64,000 nucleotides of DNA from an uncultured Thermococci archaeon (GCA_964595645.1 CAZQQT010000001.1:160001-224000), one strand, 5' to 3'; positions 48,398-58,789 are shown, counted from the first letter of the stretch. The notes: a model not told the origin generated them from the sequence alone. Numbers and translations: made by a program.

Positions 48398-49020
48398 CCG
48401 ACGAAATGGCTCGTCTTTGGCAGTTCCTGGTAACACTTCTTTTTTTTATTTTAATTTTCCAACTCTCAAAGTATTTGTATTGGGAGTTTACTCTTAGAAG
48501 AAAGAAACAAAGAATGAGAAACAGATTGAAAAGTGAGAGATTATACCCTATTTTTCAAAAAGAGCCTGAAATTGAATTTAATGTGTTCTACGATGGAAGG
48601 ATGAAAGCTACCATAGAGAACAAGGAGTCTTTCTTCATTCAGGGTGTGAGACTCACCGTCGCAATTGATGAGATGGATGTCTCGATCACTCAGAAAGCAC
48701 CACCTGGCACCATTGAGTTCCCCGTGGACATAGATATTTCGCCAGGAACTCATAGTTTGCGGGCAGAGCTACGGTACACACACAATTTCCAGTGGTACTG
48801 CAAGAGACTTGCACGAGAAATACATATCCAAGCACCGGAGGAAGAACTCTTCCATGAAACATCAATTCGGGATCTGAAGAAAGAGTACAGAGATCTTGCA
48901 AAAAAGTACCATCCAGATCTGGCGGAGAATGAAGAAGAACGTGCGTACTTCGAGTCACAGATGGAGAAAATCAATGAAGAGTACTCCCGGCGTCTGGAAC
49001 GGATGAAGAATCTGCAGTAG
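48394..49020 (+). CDS. Membrane-anchored protein with C-terminal J-domain
   Basis: N-terminal TM; LKKEYRDLAKKYHPD...MEKINEEY. Confidence 0.8.
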   Translation: MTDEMARLWQFLVTLLFFILIFQLSKYLYWEFTLRRKKQRMRNRLKSERLYPIFQKEPEIEFNVFYDGRMKATIENKESFFIQGVRLTVAIDEMDVSITQKAPPGTIEFPVDIDISPGTHSLRAELRYTHNFQWYCKRLAREIHIQAPEEELFHETSIRDLKKEYRDLAKKYHPDLAENEEERAYFESQMEKINEEYSRRLERMKNLQ

Positions 49021-49037
49021 GTTTTTACCCAGAGTAT

Positions 49038-49053
49038 CCGAAAACTTTATATA
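49038..49053 (+). promoter_or_regulatory. BRE-TATA promoter
   Basis: ccgaaaac-tttatata. Confidence 0.6.
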
Positions 49054-49101
49054 TACTAATTTAATTACAAATTATAAAATTTATTAGCGAGCGTGAAAAA
49101 A

Positions 49102-50181
49102 ATGAGAAAAATAAAAGGAGGAATTATTGCGGCGATGGTGGTACTCTCATTAATTGTATTTGTTAACATAGTGAGCGCACCGATATTACCATCTGTAGTG
49201 TGGGTCGATGATGACTATCCCACTGGAGAAGATACTGATGGAGACGCATATTTCAAAACTATCCAAGCAGCTGTTAACAATGTTGCCGCTGGAGGCACTG
49301 TGTATGTGGCAGCAGGGCACTATACAAACACCCCCATCCAGATCTATACATCCGTCTCACTGATCGGTAAAGGAGCCTCTGTGACTATTATTGGAAGTAT
49401 AACAGATGAAATATACATCAGTGGTGCGATCACAGTCAATATCAGCGGCTTTACTGTACAGAATGGAACGTGTGGAATCGCATACAGAAATAGTTCATCT
49501 GGAATTATGAAAAACAACGTAATTACGGGAAACACGAGTCATGGCGTCTGTATTGATGGAAGTAGTCCTACTATTGTACACAATACTATTGACAACAACA
49601 ACGGAGACGGCATCCACATTTTATGTGGAAGCTCTCCGATAATAAAAAACAATATTGTTTCTTCGAATGGTAATGGCGGAATCGTTTGGGATATTACGGG
49701 TGCTCCTGTATCCGGTTACAACGATGTCTGGAACAACGGGGTGAATTACGTTAACATAATGCCAGGTCTCGGCGCAATATCACAAAATCCACAGTTTGCA
49801 GGTATCGGAAATTACCATCTCACTGGTAGTTCTCCATGTATTGATGCGGGCACTGATGTGGGAGTCTACACGGATATGGATAGCGACACACGGCCACAGG
49901 GAACAGGCTTCGATATCGGCGCCGACGAATATCCACAGGCAGCGGTGAACCTCATCGTGGATTTCATGCCAGTAAAAAACTACCATCTTACGCAGGTCAA
50001 CGCACTGCTCGGCAAGGTAGAGGGAGCTCTTCCAAGCGATGTTCCAGAGGATATTCAGACGCTTCTCGATGAGGTACAGAAACACATTAACAACGCGAAC
50101 ACCACGAATAATAGTATATACGCGAACAATGAGTTATTAAGAGCATTGAAGTTGTTGGAACAGGTTCTATCACAGTTATAA
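49102..50181 (+). CDS. Secreted beta-helix protein with helical C-terminal domain
   Basis: Signal peptide, VWVDDD, TIQAAV, SPCIDAG...DIGADE. Confidence 0.8.
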   Translation: MRKIKGGIIAAMVVLSLIVFVNIVSAPILPSVVWVDDDYPTGEDTDGDAYFKTIQAAVNNVAAGGTVYVAAGHYTNTPIQIYTSVSLIGKGASVTIIGSITDEIYISGAITVNISGFTVQNGTCGIAYRNSSSGIMKNNVITGNTSHGVCIDGSSPTIVHNTIDNNNGDGIHILCGSSPIIKNNIVSSNGNGGIVWDITGAPVSGYNDVWNNGVNYVNIMPGLGAISQNPQFAGIGNYHLTGSSPCIDAGTDVGVYTDMDSDTRPQGTGFDIGADEYPQAAVNLIVDFMPVKNYHLTQVNALLGKVEGALPSDVPEDIQTLLDEVQKHINNANTTNNSIYANNELLRALKLLEQVLSQL

Positions 50182-50274
50182 CCTTTCTTTTTTCTGTTTT
50201 TTCCAGCTTTTCCTTCTCATACACTATACTATACCATGAAAAAAAATATAAACTCAGCCCGTTGAAGGACACAC

Positions 50275-50718
50275 ATGGCGCGAATTGATACTGACCACTA
50301 CTTCATGAAGATTGCGGAGATTGTGAAGGAACGATCTACCTGTGTGAAACAGAAGGTGGGTGCGGTATTGGTGAAGGACAAGCATATTATCTCTACAGGG
50401 TACAACGGTGCACCACGAAACGTGACTCACTGCACGGAGGAAACGTGTTTGCGATTGGATCTTGACTCTCTTGAAAAGTCTCATTTATGCAGAGGGGCAC
50501 ACGCGGAAGAGAACGCCATCGCTCAGGCGGCGTACCACGGTGTTTCTACCAAGGATTCCGTGATTTACAGCACACACTTCCCCTGCATGTCCTGCTCCAA
50601 ACTTCTGATAAACGCAGGTGTCACGAAGCTTTACTATGCGCGGGAGTACGACATGGACAACGAGTTAAAAATGAACCTTTTAAAGGAGGGCAAAGTGACC
50701 ATTAAACAGGTCGTGTAA
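50275..50718 (+). CDS. dCMP deaminase family protein
   Basis: TGYNG, HAEENAI, PCMSC. Confidence 0.9.
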   Translation: MARIDTDHYFMKIAEIVKERSTCVKQKVGAVLVKDKHIISTGYNGAPRNVTHCTEETCLRLDLDSLEKSHLCRGAHAEENAIAQAAYHGVSTKDSVIYSTHFPCMSCSKLLINAGVTKLYYAREYDMDNELKMNLLKEGKVTIKQVV

Positions 50719-51566
50719 TGTACGCGATACGTAAGTTTGATCCGTGGAACAACAGATTCTGTACCTGTCCACAAAAATACTCATTCAATCCGTATACGGG
50801 CTGCGATTACGGCTGTATTTACTGCTATTCTACATATATTCCCAATTTCTATCACTGCAGGAGGAAGAAAAATCTTTTGAAAAAAATGGAGAGGGACTTG
50901 GAGAACATCCCAGAAAATACGATAATTAGCATGTCCAACAGCTCCGATCCGTACCTACATCTTGATAAGACGTATGGCGATACGCGAAAGGCACTTGAGC
51001 TGCTCGAGGAGTACAATATGCGGGTACTCATTGTCACAAAGGGAACGCATCTCATAAGGGATGCCGATCTCCTCGCCGAGATGAACGCCGTGGTAACAGT
51101 CACGATCACCACATTCACTGCAGGAAAGCTCGAGCCGAACGCTCCTCCTCCAGAGCAGCGAATCGAGACGCTGCGAACGTTGAGCGATCATGGTATCCCC
51201 ACAGCATTACGGTTAGATCCGATTTTTCTGCACCTCTCCAAGGACTGTGAAAGAGTGATAGAACAAGCAGTAGATGCGGGAGTGCAACATGTGACGTCGT
51301 CGACTTTCAAACCAAAAAAAGACAGCTGGAACCGCTTCTCCACCGTATATCCTAAGGTTGCAGAGAAAACACAGGATCTGTATTTTGAGAAGGGAAAAAA
51401 GATAGGGAGGAGTTATTACCTTCCCGAGAACATACGGCGAGGGATGATGAAAACAGTACAGCAGTTATGTCAAAAGTATGGAGTAAGTTTCTCCACGTGT
51501 AGAGAGAATCTCGACATGGACGCACGGAGCTGCGATGGTTCTCACTTGTTTTTGAACTCTGTGTAG
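50718..51566 (+). CDS. Radical SAM protein (SPL-like family)
   Basis: [27 protein letters not shown]. Confidence 0.85.
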   Translation: MYAIRKFDPWNNRFCTCPQKYSFNPYTGCDYGCIYCYSTYIPNFYHCRRKKNLLKKMERDLENIPENTIISMSNSSDPYLHLDKTYGDTRKALELLEEYNMRVLIVTKGTHLIRDADLLAEMNAVVTVTITTFTAGKLEPNAPPPEQRIETLRTLSDHGIPTALRLDPIFLHLSKDCERVIEQAVDAGVQHVTSSTFKPKKDSWNRFSTVYPKVAEKTQDLYFEKGKKIGRSYYLPENIRRGMMKTVQQLCQKYGVSFSTCRENLDMDARSCDGSHLFLNSV

Positions 51567-51688
51567 CCGCACTTCCCACAGGTTCGTCTGTCCTTATGTT
51601 CTGCGAGAAAGACACCGGCTCCGCATCGAGGACATGTCTTTTTTCGAACTACTTTATCTCCTTTAACCTCATACTTGTCAGAAATCAT
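51542..51688 (-). CDS. rps27ae: 30S ribosomal protein S27ae (not in the ORF track)
   Basis: [48 protein letters not shown]. Confidence 0.95.
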   Translation of the reverse strand: MISDKYEVKGDKVVRKKTCPRCGAGVFLAEHKDRRTCGKCGYTEFKNK

Positions 51689-51975
51689 TTTTTCTCACCT
51701 ATCAGTCCATTTCGTTTGAGTACGTGGTTTTCCTCAACATGTCTCATTTTCTCTTCATTCTTGTATACCTTCAAGAAGCCTCTGTACTCGTTTTTTCCGA
51801 AACGGGACTTCATGCTCTGTATGACAAACGTATTTTCATCGATATCCATCATGGCGGCTATTCGTTCCCTCACCTTTTCATAGGGCTCACCACCACCTTC
51901 TGGAATAAGCTTAAATGTTACTTCTTTCCTTTCTAGGAGGGGATTTTCCTTCTCTTCAAGTATTTCGATTTTCAT
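51685..51975 (-). CDS. rps24e: 30S ribosomal protein S24e
   Basis: [14 protein letters not shown]; conserved gene order. Confidence 0.95.
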   Translation of the reverse strand: MKIEILEEKENPLLERKEVTFKLIPEGGGEPYEKVRERIAAMMDIDENTFVIQSMKSRFGKNEYRGFLKVYKNEEKMRHVEENHVLKRNGLIGEKK

Positions 51976-52469
51976 TCTACCACTTCCATTTTTTTAATAT
52001 CTTCTTTCACTCTCTTTTTATTCTTTTCATTCACTTCGATAATTTCAATACCTTCTTCAGGCACACCGTACACTATCAACGCACCCATCGGTGCGAAGAG
52101 GATAGCGGGCAACGATGCTAAATCTTCTTCACCTTCTATAAAAATCTTTTGTCCCGATTTCATGGTTTTCATTGCGTTCCAGAGGTCGTCGGTAATTGTA
52201 CCCTGAGGATTACGGATCTGTATTTCTTCGTATCCTTCTGCACCAACTTCCTCTTTTTTTGTTCGCATACTCTTTCCATCGATTACGAGTACATCGGGTC
52301 GTATTCCGATTTTCAACATATTTTTCGCTACTACATCCCCGATCACAACGAAAAACTCTCCCTTATAGAATTTTTTAAATTTATGGTACGGTTTTGGTAT
52401 CTCCCCCCTGATAACCTTCCCAATATGTGTTTTAAAAAGCTTTCGTGTCTCCTTCGTAAGTTTTAACAT
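51972..52469 (-). CDS. GTP-dependent dephospho-CoA kinase (DUF359)
   Basis: IGDVV, DGKSMR, NPQG, GEEDL, YGVP. Confidence 0.9.
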   Translation of the reverse strand: MLKLTKETRKLFKTHIGKVIRGEIPKPYHKFKKFYKGEFFVVIGDVVAKNMLKIGIRPDVLVIDGKSMRTKKEEVGAEGYEEIQIRNPQGTITDDLWNAMKTMKSGQKIFIEGEEDLASLPAILFAPMGALIVYGVPEEGIEIIEVNEKNKKRVKEDIKKMEVVE

Positions 52470-52654
52470 TATCTAACCTTGAGCGCGTACTTTCCCGGCG
52501 CATTTATCCCAAGTTTTTCCGCCATAATAGAGTTTTTAGGATCGATTATCACGACGAGACCGTGCCACTCATCGGAGAAATTGGCTTTCTTACAGATGGG
52601 ACAGAGCTCTGCTTTTGCACTCAGCACTCTGTTGCAGTCTTTACACGCTATCAT
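52469..52654 (-). CDS. spt4: Transcription elongation factor Spt4 (RpoE'')
   Basis: ACKDC...CPIC, PGKYALKVR. Confidence 0.95.
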   Translation of the reverse strand: MIACKDCNRVLSAKAELCPICKKANFSDEWHGLVVIIDPKNSIMAEKLGINAPGKYALKVR

Positions 52655-53202
52655 TCTTCTTCCTCCTCCTTCTTCTCATCTTCTATCCACTCAAGCTTTC
52701 CGAGGTAGGGCTGTCTCATCGTGAGTCCTATCTTCACAACGTCTTCCTTCGTGCTGATGGTCACGATCCGTGCCCGCGCGGAGTCGCCCTCCTTTATTAT
52801 TTTTTTCGTTTCTTTTCCTGTGAGTGTATGCTGTTTTTTATCGTAGCTGATATAATCGTTTGTAATCTGAGAGACGTGCGTGAGCGCATCTACGGGTCCA
52901 ATCCGCACGAAACTACCAAACTCCACGATTTCAACGATATGTCCCTCTACTACTTCGTGAAGTTTAGGAAAGAATGTGAGAACATTGAATGTGACGGTAT
53001 TATACGATGCTCCATCTCCATGAATCACTCTTCCGCTGCTCATCCCGGTTACATCTTTCACACAGAGAATCATCCCGAGATCCTTATCCCATTTTCCCTC
53101 ATACTGTTCTCTCAGGATATCGAGGGCTACCTTTTCCTGTTCCTCGCCAAATCTGTCTGGAGGAATTCGTATTACATCTTCTAGTTCCACGAGTTTATAC
53201 AT
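52651..53202 (-). CDS. rpo7: RNA polymerase subunit E' (Rpo7)
   Basis: IRIPPDRFG, HVSQI, GLTMRQPYLGK. Confidence 0.95.
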   Translation of the reverse strand: MYKLVELEDVIRIPPDRFGEEQEKVALDILREQYEGKWDKDLGMILCVKDVTGMSSGRVIHGDGASYNTVTFNVLTFFPKLHEVVEGHIVEIVEFGSFVRIGPVDALTHVSQITNDYISYDKKQHTLTGKETKKIIKEGDSARARIVTISTKEDVVKIGLTMRQPYLGKLEWIEDEKKEEEEE

Positions 53203-53260
53203 TCCAAAGCCTCATACTCTACACGAGGCTCGTATTTAAAAAGCTTTACTTTTCGTGAGC

Positions 53261-53947
53261 TCACTCCTTCAATGCAATAACTAACGATTTATCTTTCGTT
53301 TCCATTTGCAAGAGCGTTCCATCAGAGACGTACATAACATATCCCAGTTCTGGGAAATTGACCACATCACAGTTGTATCCCTTTAATTCCTCTGTTCCTT
53401 CTACTTCCATTGTGATTTTCAGTGCTTTCATCGGTTGTGCTGCAAACATGGATATACTTTTGGACATATTCGCCTCCAGTTCTATTATTCGAAACATTAA
53501 TGCCCACTGTCCGATCATATTGTTATCGAGAAGGTAGGTATTCGGTTCAAGAGTTATATCTTTTTCAAACTTGTTGTCGCCCTTCGTCGCTACTTCATGG
53601 ACCCTTCCTTTTGTAAACTCACAAGAGACCGTCTGTTTTTCACTATTCACATATGCAACAAACTCGTAATGAAGAGGGTTACATTTCTCCGTGACAGTAT
53701 ACGTTGCGTCCAGTTCCATTTGAATTGGCGTTGTAATCTTTACTTCTGACTCTATTTTATACGTTCCTTCTTCTTTTTCAACGACCTTATACGTGTTGTG
53801 CCCCATCTTATTCCCATCCATAAAGAACTCGTACGTGTGTGTCTCTCCTATTTCTAGATCAAGTGTTTTTGGTTCTGTTTGTTCTTCCTCCGACGTGCAC
53901 CCAGAGAACAGTATCACAACGATTACGATTGCTACAATCTTTTTCAT
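53261..53947 (-). CDS. Hypothetical lipoprotein
   Basis: MKK...LFSGC lipobox; GGAGGTGA SD. Confidence 0.7.
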   Translation of the reverse strand: MKKIVAIVIVVILFSGCTSEEEQTEPKTLDLEIGETHTYEFFMDGNKMGHNTYKVVEKEEGTYKIESEVKITTPIQMELDATYTVTEKCNPLHYEFVAYVNSEKQTVSCEFTKGRVHEVATKGDNKFEKDITLEPNTYLLDNNMIGQWALMFRIIELEANMSKSISMFAAQPMKALKITMEVEGTEELKGYNCDVVNFPELGYVMYVSDGTLLQMETKDKSLVIALKE

Positions 53948-54636
53948 TCCATCACCTCCTTTAATCTGAGTATTCCAACGATTCCTATCACCCCAAAGAG
54001 TACTACGGGGATTTCCATCATGTATATTTCCTTCACCGTGCCAGAAATATTTTGTTGCATCCACGGGATGATCCCATCGATAGAGCTTTTATAGAGCACA
54101 GAACAAAGGAAATATCTTAGTTGTTGTGTATGAACCGAGTGTATCACTAGAAGACACGAGAAAATATGACCAAATAACACGAACACCCTCTCGATGATAG
54201 GGGCAAAGATAATCTGCGGATCTTGCGTGAACGAGGACTCCGTGAGCAGTAAATTAGAGACACTAATCAACGACATGGACCCCAAGATGATAGCCTCGGT
54301 TCCGCCGAACCCAATCCCAAAAGCAGTACCCTCAGTGAAATTCATCCTCATTTTCTTTGAGAAAATATATGTAATTCCGTTCTCGAGTATCCCCGTTCGT
54401 AGCCCCACATAGATCCCCGTTAGTATAATGAATGTAGACAGCGTGAACTTCCGCATAAGAAAATCATTGAACGGCGTGAGATCCAGTAGTACCTTTATAC
54501 CGATGGCGCTACCCCAGGCAAGAGCTCCATAAAGAAAATATTTTATTTCTACTCCCTTTTTCCACCAATAGACGGTGGCGAAAGCTCCTACGAGCACCAT
54601 TCCAGCTCCTGCAAACAGGAGATACGGACTTGTCAT
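53944..54636 (-). CDS. YhfC/PrsW-like intramembrane metalloprotease family protein
   Basis: TGILE, FGIGFGGTEAI, ER...H. Confidence 0.75.
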   Translation of the reverse strand: MTSPYLLFAGAGMVLVGAFATVYWWKKGVEIKYFLYGALAWGSAIGIKVLLDLTPFNDFLMRKFTLSTFIILTGIYVGLRTGILENGITYIFSKKMRMNFTEGTAFGIGFGGTEAIILGSMSLISVSNLLLTESSFTQDPQIIFAPIIERVFVLFGHIFSCLLVIHSVHTQQLRYFLCSVLYKSSIDGIIPWMQQNISGTVKEIYMMEIPVVLFGVIGIVGILRLKEVME

Positions 54637-54638
54637 TT

Positions 54639-55133
54639 TTATCCCTCTATGAGTCTCCACAGAATAGAGAACAGATGAATATTTAAGTTTTTTTCTCGAA
54701 AGAAGAAATTCGTCTTATACAATATTTTTATCTCTTCCATTGATAACCCCATGCCCTTTGATATGCTCTGTAAGGAGATCGACTCGTCGATCCGAAATAA
54801 ATGGCTCTCGCATGTGCAGTCAGAACAGCCGAATTTTTTTATTGGCTCACCCCACTGTGTCATTTTCCGTGCAATAGTACACTCTTCTTTTTCTGAGGAT
54901 CCTTTCCAGTAGACATGAGTAATTTTGGCGTGATCACTTTCCAACAGGTAGTCAATATGCCAGAAAATCTTTTTTTCATCGGAAAGATGCCGTTCGATTC
55001 TCTTTTTAAGGTTGTTCATCGCTGAGCCTATGTAGATGTATCATCCTCTTTTGAAAAGCAGTTTATTGAGACTGCCGATGGTAATACACGTATCTTTTGA
55101 GACTTCAATGACAAGACAGTACGTTCCCTTCAT
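54639..55133 (-). pseudogene. DUF123 / GIY-YIG (Uri) endonuclease with an in-frame TGA at 55041-55043
   Basis: MKGTYCLVI...[21 protein letters not shown]...WHIDYLL...[12 protein letters not shown]. Confidence 0.75.
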
Positions 55134-55254
55134 CTTGTCATGTTCTTCAAGTAGGTATTTAAACTTGTTTCGAGTTTTTTTACTGTTTTAGACCCGCTAT
55201 GATATTAGTAATAACATTTAAATACATGAAAAAATATCTCAGCTGAGGAATACC

Positions 55255-56163
55255 ATGGAGGCTATTATCCCCCTTATCCTTCTAATCGGTCTTGGTTATC
55301 TTTCACGGAGATTTAACATTCTGAAGTCCGGGGATGAGAGAGTACTGAGCGCCTATATCTACTATTTTGCACTTCCATCACTCTTTTTCGTCAACCTGTC
55401 CCAGACAGCATTTCACGTGCAAAATGTGAAGTTTGTTGCTGTGGGTATTCTTCCTCTTGTCCTTTTTCTATTGATCTACCTTTTAATTTTCCTTGTTTTT
55501 AAAATATCCTCAAATACATTCTATCTTCTTGCTGTAAGTACGACATTTGGTAGTTACGCCTTTTTTGGAATACCTTTTGTTACATTTACTTTTTCTGAGC
55601 AGGGAGAACAGATAGCAACATTTACCGCATCCTTTCTTGCCGTGGTAGGGGTAGTGATTAGTCTCACACTGCTTGAACTCTATAAGCTTGACTCATCTTC
55701 TGTTCTAAAGGCATTAGGTATTGTAGCCAAAAAACTCGCCAAAAATCCATTATTACTCTCGATTTTTTGCGGTGTTTCCTTCTCGTTACTGGAGATACCT
55801 ATGCCCTCTGCGGCGAAGGAGACGCTTCACATGCTTGGTACAACAACGTCCCCTGTGGCAATTCTCATGCTCGGCGTATTTTTATATGGGCGATCGTATG
55901 GGAACCTTTCCACTGCCCTCGCTTTGAGTACTATACGGATCGTGGTACTCCCTTCCATCGCGGTGATCTTCGTGAGTTTCTTCTCATTCCCTCCACTTCA
56001 CAGTACGACATTGGTGCTTATGCACAGTATGCCGGCTGCTGTATCTCTGATTGTGCTCAGTGAACGATACAACTTTTACCCGGAGACAATTGCGTCCATG
56101 ATACTTATCACCTCTCTTAGTTCACTGGTGCATCTCAATCTCTGGCTCTTTGTTCTTGGGTGA
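55255..56163 (+). CDS. AEC (auxin efflux carrier) family transporter
   Basis: YFALPSL, FFGIP, KNPL, MPAAV. Confidence 0.85.
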   Translation: MEAIIPLILLIGLGYLSRRFNILKSGDERVLSAYIYYFALPSLFFVNLSQTAFHVQNVKFVAVGILPLVLFLLIYLLIFLVFKISSNTFYLLAVSTTFGSYAFFGIPFVTFTFSEQGEQIATFTASFLAVVGVVISLTLLELYKLDSSSVLKALGIVAKKLAKNPLLLSIFCGVSFSLLEIPMPSAAKETLHMLGTTTSPVAILMLGVFLYGRSYGNLSTALALSTIRIVVLPSIAVIFVSFFSFPPLHSTTLVLMHSMPAAVSLIVLSERYNFYPETIASMILITSLSSLVHLNLWLFVLG

Positions 56164-56290
56164 TGTATACACTCTTCAACCTTTGGATGAGAAAAAAATA
56201 CACGTATCATACATGTAGAATAAAAAGATAATCCAACCGAAAACTTTTTATACCGTTCTATCTCGTGGCAGTTTCGAAAAGCGTGATACC

Positions 56291-56527
56291 ATGACTTCCA
56301 AAAAAGAGAATAATCCATCCAGAGTACGAACAATGGTAAAAAGCGTGACATTCCGAATCTCAGCAACAGTAACTACATTCCTCCTCGTGTTCTTTACGAC
56401 TGGTGAGGTTGCTCTGGCATTTCAGATAGGGCTCATTGAGTTCATTGCCAAACTTTTCCTTTACTATTCTCATGAACGAGCCTGGAATTTCGTAGGCTGG
56501 GGCAAAAATACTGTAAGCGCAAAATAA
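56291..56527 (+). CDS. DUF2061-like membrane protein
   Basis: KSVTFR, YYSHERAW. Confidence 0.8.
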   Translation: MTSKKENNPSRVRTMVKSVTFRISATVTTFLLVFFTTGEVALAFQIGLIEFIAKLFLYYSHERAWNFVGWGKNTVSAK

Positions 56528-56549
56528 TTCTTATTTATCTCATTTTCTC

Positions 56550-58334
56550 TTATTTCTTTACTTTTGATTTTAACAAATGGTGTTCTTGTCCTTTTTTATA
56601 ATTCTTTGCAAGTATTCTCAACTTCACATCACGTTCGGGCCACTCTATCCTATGTTGTGTGATCAGGATGTTACTGTCTAGGATTGAGTTGTAGTACTGT
56701 TCTTGATACTCTTCTTCCTCTTGTAATACTCTTTGTTCTCTGCACGATTTACAGGGACATCCAAGAACTTGTAACTCGTCATAACACCGATTTCCGATGG
56801 GATCCTTTCCTATCGTCTCCCGCAACTCTTTGTTAGCGTACAGAATCACGAATGTTTTTGGATCAATAATACAAATAAACTCATACATACTATCAAATAT
56901 CGATACAAGCTGAATTCGTTCCGACCAAAGGTTCTCTTCCGCTTTTTTCAATTCAGTCATGTCTACAATAGATCCCACAAATTTGTTCGTCCCTCGAATT
57001 GCATCTATATAAAGAAGGACATCATGGACTTTGCCCTTTCTGGAAACAAATCGGAATTCATAAGATTTTGGCGCCTTTTCCGGATTTTTTTTACGTAAAT
57101 CATTATATTTTTCCATTCTTTCTATGTCTTCCTCAAAAACGAACTCTTTCCACTTCTTTTTTCCCTCTATTTTTTCCTTTGTATATCCTGAAAGTTTTTC
57201 AAATTCTTTATTTACAAGGGAGAGCGTTCCGTCTTTCTCAACCATCGCTGTTGCATTTCCCGTATTTTCAAATACCGTCCTATATTTTTCTTCGTTTCTT
57301 TCCAACGCTCTTCTCGATCGGATTCGTTTCAGTGCTTCACTCGCATGAGAGATCAGCAGTTCGGTCGTTTTGAGATCTTCTTGGTCAAATGCATTGAAGC
57401 TGGTGGATATTGCCTGAAACACTCCTAGGTCTCCAATAGGTACACTTATGGCGGATCGATACTCCTCTACACTGGGATCTGCTTCTTTTATCTTTTTTAT
57501 ATTTGGAACGAGGTAAGATTTTTTTTCCCTATACGTTTTCCCTGCGATTCCATCGTGAATGGGAATGTCTTTTCCTCCTCCTGGCGGTGTACCAGGAGAG
57601 TTCAGTTTAACTTTCAACATATCTCCCTCTGCTATAAGCACAGGACAGATATCATACTCTAGTATTTTGTCCGCTGCATCAATAATCAGTTGGTATACCT
57701 CTTCCTCTGAACGGCATCTTTCCATCGCTACTGCTACATCATGGAGTTCTTCAATTTTTTCTTTACTCCTTTTCAACAATTTTTTAGCTTTTTTTTGCTT
57801 CGTGATATCCTCTATAATTAGTGTTATCCCTATGTCTCCGTCCTCAAAGGTAGTAGGGATGAGTTTATTTCTGAAATAGGATTTTTTTCCATCTATTTCA
57901 TTTTCTGTTTCCGTCACAGAGTTTTTTTTGTCCCACATTCTTTCGATTTCTGATGTCAACTCCAATTTTTCAAAAAAAGGGCAGTTTATTTCTTCTAATT
58001 TTCTTTTAAGGACTTTTTCTCTTTTCATACCTATAAATTCCAAAAAATTATCATTAATATCATGAATAACGTTATTTTTGTCTATCACAAGTACGTAATC
58101 TGTTGAAAAATTAAGTATTTTAGAAATAGGAGTACGTTTTGCCAGGGTGTAAACTTTTGCAGGTCCAAATTGTCTTTTTTCTACGCGACCGGATATTTCA
58201 AGCACATTGAGGTATTTCGCAGTGGTATTTCTATTTACACCTAATTCATCGGCAATTTGCTTGATGGTCATTCCTTGAGGATGATTTTTGAGGATCTCTT
58301 TTACTCGACAAAGGTTTCCTTGGTACTCATCCAT
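56550..58334 (-). CDS. wHTH-PAS-GAF-PAS-PAS sensory regulator
   Basis: IADELGVNRNTTAKYL; EDITKQK; GIAGKT...SAISVPI; EKYRTVFEN; no kinase domain. Confidence 0.8.
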   Translation of the reverse strand: MDEYQGNLCRVKEILKNHPQGMTIKQIADELGVNRNTTAKYLNVLEISGRVEKRQFGPAKVYTLAKRTPISKILNFSTDYVLVIDKNNVIHDINDNFLEFIGMKREKVLKRKLEEINCPFFEKLELTSEIERMWDKKNSVTETENEIDGKKSYFRNKLIPTTFEDGDIGITLIIEDITKQKKAKKLLKRSKEKIEELHDVAVAMERCRSEEEVYQLIIDAADKILEYDICPVLIAEGDMLKVKLNSPGTPPGGGKDIPIHDGIAGKTYREKKSYLVPNIKKIKEADPSVEEYRSAISVPIGDLGVFQAISTSFNAFDQEDLKTTELLISHASEALKRIRSRRALERNEEKYRTVFENTGNATAMVEKDGTLSLVNKEFEKLSGYTKEKIEGKKKWKEFVFEEDIERMEKYNDLRKKNPEKAPKSYEFRFVSRKGKVHDVLLYIDAIRGTNKFVGSIVDMTELKKAEENLWSERIQLVSIFDSMYEFICIIDPKTFVILYANKELRETIGKDPIGNRCYDELQVLGCPCKSCREQRVLQEEEEYQEQYYNSILDSNILITQHRIEWPERDVKLRILAKNYKKGQEHHLLKSKVKK

Positions 58335-58400
58335 ATCGCTAATATAGTAGGGGCATTTAAATACCTTTTTGTTTCGCCTAGCGGTAATGCAATGCAAAGA

Positions 58401-58416
58401 CCGAAAGCTTTATAAA
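58401..58416 (+). promoter_or_regulatory. BRE-TATA promoter
   Basis: ccgaaagc-tttataaa. Confidence 0.55.
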
Positions 58417-58477
58417 GGGTAAAGGAAAGAACAAATATAATGCAAAAAAACGTTATATTTTTACAGGAGGAAAGAAA

Positions 58478-58789
58478 ATGACAAATGAAGCAAAAAGTGG
58501 TAAGAAAGAAAAAAGAGTAAAGTATGCTCAAATGTTGGGGCGAAAAGGATTTTATGAGATATTGCTACACGTAAAGAATAACGATCGCGTTATCCTATCA
58601 GACCTTCTCCCCATCGCAGGTCACGGTACTATCATGGATAGGAGGGAGGAACTTCTCGATCTGGGCTTAATTTCTGACAGAAAAATTAAAGAAGGAAGAA
58701 GGAACTATATAATTTATGAGTTAACTCCTAAAGGAGAAAAAATTTTAGAGAAAATGGAAGAACTTCTAGACATGATGCTCAAAGAATAA
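58478..58789 (+). CDS. Winged-helix transcription regulator (HxlR/PadR-like)
   Basis: LLDLGLI, YELTPKGEK. Confidence 0.75.
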   Translation: MTNEAKSGKKEKRVKYAQMLGRKGFYEILLHVKNNDRVILSDLLPIAGHGTIMDRREELLDLGLISDRKIKEGRRNYIIYELTPKGEKILEKMEELLDMMLKE

